A program made the position numbers and the translations under genes. Under the pieces are notes generated by a model, which worked only from the letters and a program-made list of their open reading frames with translations, had not been told where the DNA came from and made no database searches. Positions 32,635 to 41,597 of a stretch of 45,880 nucleotides of DNA are shown here, in pieces. Origin of the DNA: a virus. The stretch is from IMG/VR virus record IMGVR_UViG_3300045988_094522. The stretch is one strand, 5' to 3'. How positions within the stretch are numbered: the stretch's first letter is position 1; every line of letters starts with the position of its first letter.

Positions 32635-35600
32635 ATGGCAGTTGAGATTGAAGGTCTTGAGTTTCAAATTCAGTCCGACTCTGACAAAGCGGCGAAAGGT
32701 GTTGACGCATTGGCAGACAGCTTTGAAAAGCTGAAAAAGTCTCTGAAAGGTAACGCTGGCTTGAACGGCGTGAGTAAGAAACTGGAAGCTATCAACAGCG
32801 CAAAGGACAAGCTGACTGGCATGGAAAAACTGGAAAGCCTTGCGAAAGCCTTAAATCAACTGAATACCGTAAAAATTTCCCCCACAATCTCCAAAAGACT
32901 GACAGATATAGGCTCTGCCATTAACACCATTACCCCAGCGGCGGTACAGAATGTTTCTAATCTGGCAACGGCATTACAGAGAATACAGGGGCTACAGGTT
33001 CCGAACCTGAGAGGGCTTACAGGCGGCAGACGTGCTTCTTCTGCTAATTCTGCTCCTGCTTCTGCCCCGGCTGGCGCAAGTGCTGCTGGTGCTGCTACCT
33101 CTGGAATGACTCAGTATACAGCACAAACTCAGCAAGCCGCTGTTCAAACCAATAGCTTTCTGTCTGCACTTGGTAGAGTTGCAAGAGGTGTAGATGGGTT
33201 AGTAGGCATTTCTTATCCATTTACTCAATTAAAAAGTGCTTTGACGGGGGTTCCGCAGAAAATAAGTGAGGTAGTTGGTAAGCTGAGAGAAATGTATGGG
33301 CAATTCAAGAACTCTGGTGGTGTTATCGGTATGTTCAGCCGAAGTATTAAGAGTCTCGCAAGTAGCCTTGGGTCTAAACTTGCAGCTTCTATGAAGAATT
33401 TTACTTCTTCACTAGGGAAAGGTTTTACATCTCCCTTGAAAAAAGCTACCTCTGGTCTGGGGAAACTGGGCTACGCCTTTAAGCAGGTTCTTCTCTATCA
33501 GGGGTTGAGCAGTCTGATTTATGGCTTTGCCAATGCCATGAAGGAAGGTATCAACAATCTGTACCAGTACAGTTCACTCATGGGCGGTCAGTTCAAGAGT
33601 AGCATGGACAGTCTGGCTACGAGTTTCCAATACTTGAAAAACAGTATGGGGGCTATGGTATCTCCTATCATTAACGCTTTGGCTCCTGCTATCGACTTCC
33701 TGATTGATAAGTTTGTAGCCCTGCTGAATATCGTCAATCAGTTTTTTGCGAGACTGACGGGGGCAAGTACCTACACGGCGGCTAAGAAATCTGCCGCTTC
33801 TTATGGGGACACAATCAACGATACCGCAGGGACAGCGAAAAAGGCTGCAAAAGAGATTAAGGACGCTACCACTGGAATTGATGAACTGAACATTATCAGT
33901 CAAAATGATAATTCTGGTTCTGGCGGCGGTGGCGCAGGCGGCAAAGACTATGGCTCCATGTTTGAGCAGTTGCCGATTGAAAACTCTATCTCTGAGTTTG
34001 CTGACAAGCTGAAAGCGGCGTTTGAAGCTGGGGACTGGAAAGAACTTGGAACCCTTCTGGGTGAAAAGTTTAATGAGATTGTGGACGGCATTGATTGGTC
34101 TGGTATTGGTCATAAGATTGGCTACGGACTGAACGGTGCAATTCAGACGGCGTATTGGTTCCTTGATACAGTCGATTTTACCAACCTTGGAGCGCACATA
34201 GCAGAATTGCTTAATGCGGCTTTGAGTGAGATAGATTTTACCTACGCAGGGAGGTTGCTCGTCAAGACGTTTACTATTCTGCCCGATATGATTATTGGGG
34301 GATTGAGTGAACTGGATTGGGGGCTGGTAGGTAAGAGTATCAGTGATTTTATCATTGGTGCGTTTGATGAAGCTACAAAGTGGCTGAATAGCTACAACTG
34401 GTCTGACCTGGGTTCTCTGCTCTGGCAGAAAATCAAAGACCTGTTCACCAACATTGACTGGGGAGGTATCGCAAGCAGTATCTTCACTTTTCTTGGCACA
34501 GCCATTCGTTCTTGTGTTGAGTTCCTGGGTGGCTTCTTTGGAAGTATCGGGAAGGACATTAAGAACTGGTGGGATAAAGAGATTGCCGGGGAGGATTGGA
34601 AGGAAACCGCTGTAAACCTTCTGAACGCAATCGGCAAAGGATTTGCCGACATAGGCTCTTGGGTCATGGACAACATGATTGACCCGCTCTTTAACGCACT
34701 GGTTGGGGAGGAAAAATGGGCTGAGTTCAAGCAGGCTGGTAGAGACCTCTGGAACGGCTTCACTCAGGGTGTGCAGGAGTTCTTTGATGACCCCGGCGCA
34801 TGGATTAAACAGCATATCGTTGACCCGTTTGTGAAATGGTTCAAAGACCTGTTCGGTATTCACTCTCCGTCTACGGTGATGAAAGAAATCGGGCAGTATG
34901 TGGTAGAGGGATTTTTGGAAGGTATCAACTTCTTTTCTTCTATCGCCGGGACTGTGAAGAAATGGGGAAGCAGTGTTGTTGAGTGGTTTACAAAGGGTGA
35001 GGACGGCAAGGGAATTGTTGAGCATTTCAAAGAGATTGCTGGGAATATTATCAGCGGTTTTAAAGATAAGGTTGGCTCTACCTATACGACCGCCAAGACC
35101 AATGTGACTACCTGGGCTTCCAAAGTTAAAGAGTGGTTCACCAGTAATTCCTTTGGAGGTGTAAACCTCTCCACATTCGCTACTTATGCCAATGAGACCA
35201 TAGAAGGTTTCAAAAGCAAAATTGGCAGTGCTTATACGAATGTGAAAACGAACATTACCACCTGGGCTTCTAAGGTTAAAGAGTGGTTTACCAGTAGTTC
35301 TTACGGAGGGGTGAATTACCAGAACTTCTCTACATTTGCCAATAATACGATTGAGGGCTTTAAGTCTAAAATCGGCTCTGCTTATACCACGGTCAAAACG
35401 AATGTTACGACTTGGGCAAGCAAGGTGAAGGAATGGTTTACCAGTAGTTCCTTTGGCGGCGTGAACAGCGCAAACTTCTCTACGTTTGCAAGCAATGTCA
35501 TTACTGGATTTAAAGACAAAATCGGTTCTGCCTACACGACTACTAAGAGTAACATTCAGACGTGGGCTACCAATGTAAAGAACTGGTTTACAGGGATTGC

Positions 35601-36312
35601 TTCTAAGTCTGCGTTCTCTGGGTTTGCAAGTGATGTTATCAACGGCTTCAAGGACAAAATCGGTTCTTATTATACAACCGCAAAAAGTAATATCACGACC
35701 TGGGCAAGCAAGGTGAAAGAGTGGTTCCAGTCTGAAAATTCCAGCAGTTCTTGGGGAACTATCGCTAAGAACATTGTAGACGGGTTTGCAAACGGTGTTA
35801 CCAGTTGGGCGAGAAGGTGTAAGGACGCTGTAGTAAGTTGGGGACAATCCGTTCTGAACTGGTTTGAGGACACGCTGGATATAAATTCTCCGTCTAAGGT
35901 TTTCTATGACATTGGTGGATTTGCCGTTGCAGGCTTTAACAACGCCATTGCTCAAGTGGGTAAGACCACAAGAAACGTGGTGGGTGAATGGGCGAACTCA
36001 TTCACAAATATTACGCCGACAATGACTATGGCGGTTGATACCTCTGCTTTACGGTATTATGACTCTGACGCATTTGCGAGAACTATTTCTTCCAATGTGG
36101 AGACGAACAATGAAATTTCTTCCACTGGGTTTAAGCAGGCTATGGAGGACTTCTACCGTGAGTATGTGGAGCCGACTCTGAACCAGATTGCGGAAGATAC
36201 ACGCAGACAGGCAGATAAGGACGAACACCCGATTGTGCAGATTGGCAACCGTGTTATCACAGACGCTGTAGATGTGCAGACGAAAGCCAATGGATATAGA
36301 TTTACGAAGTAA
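32635..36312 (+). CDS. Tail tape measure protein
   Basis: 1225 aa, Ala/Ser/Gly-rich, with tandem repeats. Follows the chaperone pair. Confidence 0.9.
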   Translation: MAVEIEGLEFQIQSDSDKAAKGVDALADSFEKLKKSLKGNAGLNGVSKKLEAINSAKDKLTGMEKLESLAKALNQLNTVKISPTISKRLTDIGSAINTITPAAVQNVSNLATALQRIQGLQVPNLRGLTGGRRASSANSAPASAPAGASAAGAATSGMTQYTAQTQQAAVQTNSFLSALGRVARGVDGLVGISYPFTQLKSALTGVPQKISEVVGKLREMYGQFKNSGGVIGMFSRSIKSLASSLGSKLAASMKNFTSSLGKGFTSPLKKATSGLGKLGYAFKQVLLYQGLSSLIYGFANAMKEGINNLYQYSSLMGGQFKSSMDSLATSFQYLKNSMGAMVSPIINALAPAIDFLIDKFVALLNIVNQFFARLTGASTYTAAKKSAASYGDTINDTAGTAKKAAKEIKDATTGIDELNIISQNDNSGSGGGGAGGKDYGSMFEQLPIENSISEFADKLKAAFEAGDWKELGTLLGEKFNEIVDGIDWSGIGHKIGYGLNGAIQTAYWFLDTVDFTNLGAHIAELLNAALSEIDFTYAGRLLVKTFTILPDMIIGGLSELDWGLVGKSISDFIIGAFDEATKWLNSYNWSDLGSLLWQKIKDLFTNIDWGGIASSIFTFLGTAIRSCVEFLGGFFGSIGKDIKNWWDKEIAGEDWKETAVNLLNAIGKGFADIGSWVMDNMIDPLFNALVGEEKWAEFKQAGRDLWNGFTQGVQEFFDDPGAWIKQHIVDPFVKWFKDLFGIHSPSTVMKEIGQYVVEGFLEGINFFSSIAGTVKKWGSSVVEWFTKGEDGKGIVEHFKEIAGNIISGFKDKVGSTYTTAKTNVTTWASKVKEWFTSNSFGGVNLSTFATYANETIEGFKSKIGSAYTNVKTNITTWASKVKEWFTSSSYGGVNYQNFSTFANNTIEGFKSKIGSAYTTVKTNVTTWASKVKEWFTSSSFGGVNSANFSTFASNVITGFKDKIGSAYTTTKSNIQTWATNVKNWFTGIASKSAFSGFASDVINGFKDKIGSYYTTAKSNITTWASKVKEWFQSENSSSSWGTIAKNIVDGFANGVTSWARRCKDAVVSWGQSVLNWFEDTLDINSPSKVFYDIGGFAVAGFNNAIAQVGKTTRNVVGEWANSFTNITPTMTMAVDTSALRYYDSDAFARTISSNVETNNEISSTGFKQAMEDFYREYVEPTLNQIAEDTRRQADKDEHPIVQIGNRVITDAVDVQTKANGYRFTK
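35024..35735 (+). repeat. About five tandem ~41-43-codon repeats inside the tape measure gene
   Basis: The unit F.(T/G)FA...I.GFK.KIGS.YT..K.N.TTWASKVKEWFTS.S.GGVN recurs. Confidence 0.85.
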
Positions 36313-36327
36313 GGAGGTGCGGTGACA

Positions 36328-36699
36328 ATGGCATATCTGGCAATTAACGGGTACGAGTTACCGTCTCCTAAACGTGGCGTAAGCCCGGTAGTCACTACTC
36401 TGGTTGACTCCGGGCGAAACGCTAACGGTACTGTGGTGGCACAGAGAATTGGACGTGACCAGTATAAGATTGACAATCTTGAATGGCCGTGGCTGACCGC
36501 CGAACAGTGGGAAACGATACTGAGTATTCTATCCAACTTTTTTGTGGACGTAACCTTTATTGACCCTGTTACCAATTCCAGGAAAACAATCAAGATGTAC
36601 TGTGGTGACAGGACTGCTGAACCTTACTGGGTTGATGATGACGGCAAGCCTACGCACTACAGGAATTGCAAGGTAAATCTGATTGATACGGGGGAGTGA
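36328..36699 (+). CDS. Small tail protein (possible distal tail component)
   Basis: Follows the tape measure gene. ATG follows AAGGAGG. Confidence 0.4.
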   Translation: MAYLAINGYELPSPKRGVSPVVTTLVDSGRNANGTVVAQRIGRDQYKIDNLEWPWLTAEQWETILSILSNFFVDVTFIDPVTNSRKTIKMYCGDRTAEPYWVDDDGKPTHYRNCKVNLIDTGE

Positions 36700-36701
36700 T
36701 T

Positions 36702-38924
36702 ATGCAGAAAGTATCGAAAGCATATAAGAAAAGCATGAAAGCCCCTTTGCGGGATAGAGGTTATATAATGCTCTCTTTCGGCGTGGTCAATCAGGAAGCA
36801 CAGGCAAAGGCAGAGGTTTCAGACGGGGATTTTACCTATTATTCCAATGAGGAAAATCTGTTCAAAGAACATGATGACAGCTTGGTATACGCTACACTGG
36901 AAGAAAACTTTACACGGGTAGATGGCTCTATGTATTTTCTGCCCAGAGAGTCCCCGTCTGCACTCTACCTTGATACCGGGCTGGTAGGGAGAGACCTTGT
37001 ATCGGAAGCACAGTATGAGGTCACAATCGACCTGAATATTAAGGCAACCGACTTTAGAGGTATCACAATCAATTTTGGTGAGAACTACCCTACCGATTTT
37101 GACTTTGTAACCGATAAGGGGCAGGTGGTGGAGTTCAGAGGTAATGACCAGGCAGTTTTCAGTACAGAGGAAGTGCTGGAAAGCGTAACTACGCTGACGC
37201 TGGTTATCTACCGCATGAAGAACCCTCAAAGCAGGCTGCGGATTTATTCTTTCCGTTTTGGTTACGGCTTGATTTATGAGAATGACTCTGTGTTGAGTTC
37301 GTCTCTGGAAAGCTATGTTTCCCCTATCGGCAGTGATATTCCGCAGATTGATTTTACCGTTACCCTGAAAAACTACGATAAATATTTTAACGTGGACAAC
37401 CCGAAGTCTGCTATCAACTTTTTGGAGACTGGACAGGAAATGGAAATTTTCTACGGGTATCAGCTTCCAGATGGCGGCGGGATTGAATGGGTAAGAGGGA
37501 ACCACCTGCTTTGTTCTGAGTGGGAGTCTGATGACTATACAGCGACTATCCGCTGTCAGGACGTTTTCAGGACTATGGACTCTGAGTATTACAAGGGAAT
37601 GTACGTTGGCACAGGGAAAAGCTACTATGATTTGGCTCTGGAAGTTTTGCAGGACGCAGGACAGACAGACTATTACATAGACCCCCGGCTGAAAAACCTG
37701 TATTCTAAAAATCCTTTGCCCCGTGTGCAGCATAAGGAAGCGTTGCAGATTATCGCCAACGCTTGCCGTTGCACGTTGTCTCAGACGAGGTACGGAACCA
37801 TTCAGATTAAATCCAACTTCATTCCCGAAGCGGCGGCAAGCAGTAACGGTGAGACGGATTACTCCAATGTGAAGAATATCCTAAATACCGATACGAAAAG
37901 CGAATACGCAACTCTGGCAACGAATTACACGACTGCTGACGGGAAGATGTACTTCCTTCCCAGAACGGCAAGTGCGAGGACGCTCAATACAGGTTTTGTT
38001 TCCAATGAGCAGTCTGACGGGGAAGGAAAGTTCACTACAAACCCTATCGTGACAATTGTTCAGGAAGCCGCCTGTATGTACCACGGCGTTAAGTTCACGT
38101 TCGGAAATGCCTTACCTTCCGGGATTGTGATTAGAACATATAACAATGGAGACCTGGTGACAGAGTACGAAGTAGAGGAAGAAATGGAGAGAGTTCTGGT
38201 TATCCTCTATGACTTTGATGACTTTGACACCATGCAGATTGAGTTTACAGGGACAGCGGAACCTTACAACCGCATTGTGCTGAACAACTTTGCTTTTGGT
38301 GATGTGACAGACTTCACTATGGAGCGAATGGATATGACCAGTTCCCCGAAAGCAATTAAGCAGGAATTGGTAAAAGAGGTTATCGTCCCCTGTTACAGTT
38401 ATCAGCAGGGAACTTCTGAGGAAACACTGGTAAGTGAAGAAATTACCGTAACTGCCGGGGACGTGGAAACCTTCTTTGTTGGTGAACCTTCCTACAATTT
38501 CCGGGCAACGCTGAATGAAGGAAGTTCTGGCGTGACAATCACCGACTGGGGCAACTATTATGTGACCCTCAAATTCAGCCAGACAGGAACCTTCCGACTG
38601 GAAGTGCTGGGGTATCGGTACAAGATTGTGGAGCGATATGCGACAAAATCTTTGAACCTGAGAGGAAAAACCGTGAAATGGGAAAACCCCATGATAAGTG
38701 ATATGGAAATGGCGCAGGATTTGGCTGATTGGCTGGGGGACTACTATTCCGCAGGCATTGAGTATGAGTATTCGACCAGAGGGAACCCGGAGATTGACGC
38801 AAACGATATTGTGTACCAGGAGAATGAGTTCCATGACGGTATGAAGGTTAATATCTACCGAACCACTATCAACTTCAATCAGGCGTTCTCCGGGAAGGTA
38901 ACAGCCCGCAGGACAACCGCATAG
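36702..38924 (+). CDS. Large tail tip/baseplate protein with an internal domain duplication
   Basis: 741 aa. YATLEENFTRVDGSMYFLPRES...LDTGLVG...RIYSFRFG is echoed by YATLATNYTTADGKMYFLPRTA...LNTGFVS...RIVLNNFAFG. Confidence 0.6.
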   Translation: MQKVSKAYKKSMKAPLRDRGYIMLSFGVVNQEAQAKAEVSDGDFTYYSNEENLFKEHDDSLVYATLEENFTRVDGSMYFLPRESPSALYLDTGLVGRDLVSEAQYEVTIDLNIKATDFRGITINFGENYPTDFDFVTDKGQVVEFRGNDQAVFSTEEVLESVTTLTLVIYRMKNPQSRLRIYSFRFGYGLIYENDSVLSSSLESYVSPIGSDIPQIDFTVTLKNYDKYFNVDNPKSAINFLETGQEMEIFYGYQLPDGGGIEWVRGNHLLCSEWESDDYTATIRCQDVFRTMDSEYYKGMYVGTGKSYYDLALEVLQDAGQTDYYIDPRLKNLYSKNPLPRVQHKEALQIIANACRCTLSQTRYGTIQIKSNFIPEAAASSNGETDYSNVKNILNTDTKSEYATLATNYTTADGKMYFLPRTASARTLNTGFVSNEQSDGEGKFTTNPIVTIVQEAACMYHGVKFTFGNALPSGIVIRTYNNGDLVTEYEVEEEMERVLVILYDFDDFDTMQIEFTGTAEPYNRIVLNNFAFGDVTDFTMERMDMTSSPKAIKQELVKEVIVPCYSYQQGTSEETLVSEEITVTAGDVETFFVGEPSYNFRATLNEGSSGVTITDWGNYYVTLKFSQTGTFRLEVLGYRYKIVERYATKSLNLRGKTVKWENPMISDMEMAQDLADWLGDYYSAGIEYEYSTRGNPEIDANDIVYQENEFHDGMKVNIYRTTINFNQAFSGKVTARRTTA

Positions 38925-38937
38925 GAGGTGAGGTTCA

Positions 38938-39369
38938 ATGAGTTGGGTTACACCCAAAACAGATTGGCATGGGCAGACAGACAGTGACGGTAACTATACG
39001 GGTGACAGGTTCAATGCTGCGGATTTTAACCGTATCAAGAATAACCTTGATTATCTGCGAGATATGGCTATCAAACTGTATGACGAATTTTCCATTGTCA
39101 GTCTGGGAACAGACAGAACTCCGAAGGATTATTTCTATGCTGATGAAATCAATCAGCTTGAGGAAAATCTGAAAACCATTAACAACTCTACTTTGCAGAT
39201 GGCATACGGGGAGCCGCCCGTATATTACGATAACGGAAACACAATGGACTTTACAGAGTTGAACCGCTTGGAAAGCGCAATTCTTGACCTGTATGACCGT
39301 CTGACAAACGAGAGTGAGGGAAGGAGGATGTTTACATGGAATTTTGGAATGAAGGGAGGGGACTTGTAA
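38938..39369 (+). CDS. Tail-fibre-associated protein (hypothetical)
   Basis: TDW...FNAADFNRIKNNLDYL...ELNRLESAILDLY pattern, common upstream of Firmicutes phage fibres. Confidence 0.45.
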   Translation: MSWVTPKTDWHGQTDSDGNYTGDRFNAADFNRIKNNLDYLRDMAIKLYDEFSIVSLGTDRTPKDYFYADEINQLEENLKTINNSTLQMAYGEPPVYYDNGNTMDFTELNRLESAILDLYDRLTNESEGRRMFTWNFGMKGGDL

Positions 39370-39963
39370 ATGGCATGGGAACTTTTACCCGTTGATTATA
39401 CGGACGCTGTTTGGAGTGGCTTGAAGCGGTACAATACCGTGAACAATGAGGACGGCACAGTTTCCTTCCAGGACGTAACGGTGTATTCAGGAAAGGAAAA
39501 ATCCTTCTTTGGCGCAAAGGACGCTAACAGGATGAACGAAGCCCTGAATACGCTTATGAGTATGGTGGAGAATGGAACTGACCTGTATACAGCTTTCCAG
39601 AATTACTTTGCAGTGCAGAAGGATTTGTTTGAGGAAGAAGCAGACAGCAAGGCAGAGGATTTTGACGATTACACCGATAATCTAAAAGCTGAATATCAGG
39701 CGAGTATGGCTCAGTTTGAAAGCCAACAGCAACAGACGTTCAATGCGTGGTTTCAGGCTATGCAGAACCAGTTATCTCAGGACGCTGCGGGGAACCTGCA
39801 AAATCAGTGTACGGAACTGGACGAAAGGCTCAGTCTTTTAGAGTACATGACTATGCAGAATGACTTCTCTGCTCCGATTGCTACGGATGACGAGACTATC
39901 ACTCTCATTGTGGATGACCTGGATTACGCTATTTTGGCAGATTGGAAACATAAGGAGGAATAA
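39370..39963 (+). CDS. Tail-fibre-like coiled-coil protein
   Basis: Central Gln/Glu-rich coiled coil. Lies in the fibre module. Confidence 0.45.
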   Translation: MAWELLPVDYTDAVWSGLKRYNTVNNEDGTVSFQDVTVYSGKEKSFFGAKDANRMNEALNTLMSMVENGTDLYTAFQNYFAVQKDLFEEEADSKAEDFDDYTDNLKAEYQASMAQFESQQQQTFNAWFQAMQNQLSQDAAGNLQNQCTELDERLSLLEYMTMQNDFSAPIATDDETITLIVDDLDYAILADWKHKEE

Positions 39964-39967
39964 AGAA

Positions 39968-40852
39968 ATGTCGGTTATTAGCGTTCAGACAAAGAAATTT
40001 GGAGACCTTGGGACTATCCTTACCGCAGGTGATGACAGCCTGCTTCTTATCCATGATGGTACGGGAGTCAAGACTATCTCCACGGCGAACTTCAAAAAGG
40101 ATTTGAAGGAATACATGGAAGGGGTCAATACCATTCTGGAGCAGTTGACCTATGACAATGCTGGGGCGCACAACTCTATCTACAGAGGGAAGAACCTTGG
40201 CACTACCGTAACGGAGGAACAGTGGGAAGCTATTTCCAGTGGTACTTTCACTGACCTGTACATTGGTGATTACTGGGTTATCGGCGGCGTGAACTGGCGT
40301 ATTGCGGCGTTTGACTATTACCTGAACTGCGGCGATACCAGTTTTACGAAACACCACGCAGTCATTGTGCCTGATACCTGCCTGTACAATGCTCAGATGA
40401 ACACTACCAACGTGACCACTGGCGCATACAAAGGCTCTGCTATGTACACGGCGAACTTGACGCGGGCGAAGTCCACTATCAACAGTGCGTTTGGAAGTTC
40501 GCACGTTCTGTCTCACAGAATTTATCTTTCCAATGCAACGTCCAACGGTAGGGCTTCTGCTGGTGAGTGGACAGACAGTACCGTTGACCTGATGTGTGAA
40601 CACATGGTTTACGGAAGTGGTATTTTCAGCCCGGTATCGGACGGTAGCAATGTTCCGAACAATTACCGTGTTGAGAAAGGGCAGTTGCCGCTCTTTGCTC
40701 TGGAACCGTCCAGAATTTGTAACAGGGCTGCATGGTGGCTGAGAGATGTGATTACCGCTGCTATCTTTGCCGTTGTCGGCGGCCGCGGCGATGCGTACTA
40801 CTTCGACGCTTCTGACTCTAGTGGCGTTCGTCCCGCTTTCTGTATCGGTTAA
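39968..40852 (+). CDS. DGR target protein 1: tail-fibre/receptor-binding-like protein with C-terminal VR1
   Basis: ATG follows AAGGAGGA. 294 aa. The C-terminus AAWWLRDVITAAIFAVVGGRGDAYYFDASDSSGVRPAFCIG is paralogous to ORF 2492-3061. Confidence 0.85.
   Translation: MSVISVQTKKFGDLGTILTAGDDSLLLIHDGTGVKTISTANFKKDLKEYMEGVNTILEQLTYDNAGAHNSIYRGKNLGTTVTEEQWEAISSGTFTDLYIGDYWVIGGVNWRIAAFDYYLNCGDTSFTKHHAVIVPDTCLYNAQMNTTNVTTGAYKGSAMYTANLTRAKSTINSAFGSSHVLSHRIYLSNATSNGRASAGEWTDSTVDLMCEHMVYGSGIFSPVSDGSNVPNNYRVEKGQLPLFALEPSRICNRAAWWLRDVITAAIFAVVGGRGDAYYFDASDSSGVRPAFCIG
40751..40840 (+). repeat. DGR variable region VR1
   Basis: 90-bp gap-free alignment to the TR. All 18 mismatches fall at TR adenines. Ends 3 codons before the stop. 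Confidence 0.9.
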
Positions 40853-40860
40853 TCTAAAAT

Positions 40861-40883
40861 CCCCTCCCCCTTGTGGGGAGGGG
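40861..40883 (+). promoter_or_regulatory. GC hairpin downstream of VR1 (candidate DGR cruciform/terminator)
   Basis: cccctcccc / cttgt / ggggagggg, preceded by ttaatcta. Confidence 0.65.
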
Positions 40884-40901
40884 TAGAAAGGAACTTGCGA
40901 T

Positions 40902-41444
40902 ATGTCAGTATTAAAAAGCAAACGGAAACCCTCTCAGTTTGAGGTATTCCACCATTTGAATAAATTGAGAAAGGAAATTACTGATTTGCTTCTCCGGGAC
41001 TTTGGCTATAATGCGATAAAATCTGAGAAGCGTCTGGAAAGACGGTTCGGTAGCAGAAGTTACGAAGAACTTACTGACATTGAGAAACAGCAGTATGACC
41101 GCCAGAAGAAAAAGCAGGACGCATTTGACGAGTGGTTTATCGAGAGTGAAAGGAACGCCATTATTGACTGTCTGCGGTCTATCGGTGAACACGTCTATAC
41201 AGCAAACAGTATCTATCCTACATACCCGGAAGAACTGGTTGAAAGGCGGCTTCATCAGGATTTGGCAATCGGTCAATGTTACAGGCTGGTTCAGGAATTA
41301 CAGTACGCAATCGAGACGCTACCAGTTGATGTGAATACCTACTTGCGGTTTGGTGCTGATATTCAGAAAGAAATTGACCTTATCAAAGGTTGGAGGAAGT
41401 CTGATAACAAGTTCAAAACGGCTCTTTCACAGGGCAATCTCTAA
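40902..41444 (+). CDS. avd: Avd-like accessory variability determinant (long form, 180 aa)
   Basis: Lies between the target and the TR. Helical and basic (KSKRKPSQFEVFHHLNKLRKEI..., C-terminal IDLIKGWRKSDNKFK). Its stop codon overlaps the first TR bases. Confidence 0.55.
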   Translation: MSVLKSKRKPSQFEVFHHLNKLRKEITDLLLRDFGYNAIKSEKRLERRFGSRSYEELTDIEKQQYDRQKKKQDAFDEWFIESERNAIIDCLRSIGEHVYTANSIYPTYPEELVERRLHQDLAIGQCYRLVQELQYAIETLPVDVNTYLRFGADIQKEIDLIKGWRKSDNKFKTALSQGNL

Positions 41445-41532
41445 TACCGCTGCTAACTTTGCCAATGTCAACAACAACGGCAATGCGAACTACAACAACG
41501 CTTCTAACTCTAATGGCGTTCGTCCCGATTTC
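41443..41532 (+). repeat. DGR template repeat (TR)
   Basis: aat acc gct gct aac ttt gcc aat gtc aac aac aac ggc aat gcg aac tac aac aac gct tct aac tct aat ggc gtt cgt ccc gat ttc. 27 adenines and 12 AAY codons. Confidence 0.9.
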
Positions 41533-41597
41533 GATACTGTGATTAAATAGGCATTTGACCGTTTCACAGTGAGAGAAAGGAGAGATTGTCCTTCCGT

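Noticed and set aside
41350-41550. 66-aa ORF ending ...NTAANFANVNNNGNANYNNASNSNGVRPDFDTVIK
   Set aside because: It is the reading of the DGR template repeat (Asn-rich because of AAY codons) plus the avd 3' end in another frame. It has no RBS and is the non-coding template, not a gene.
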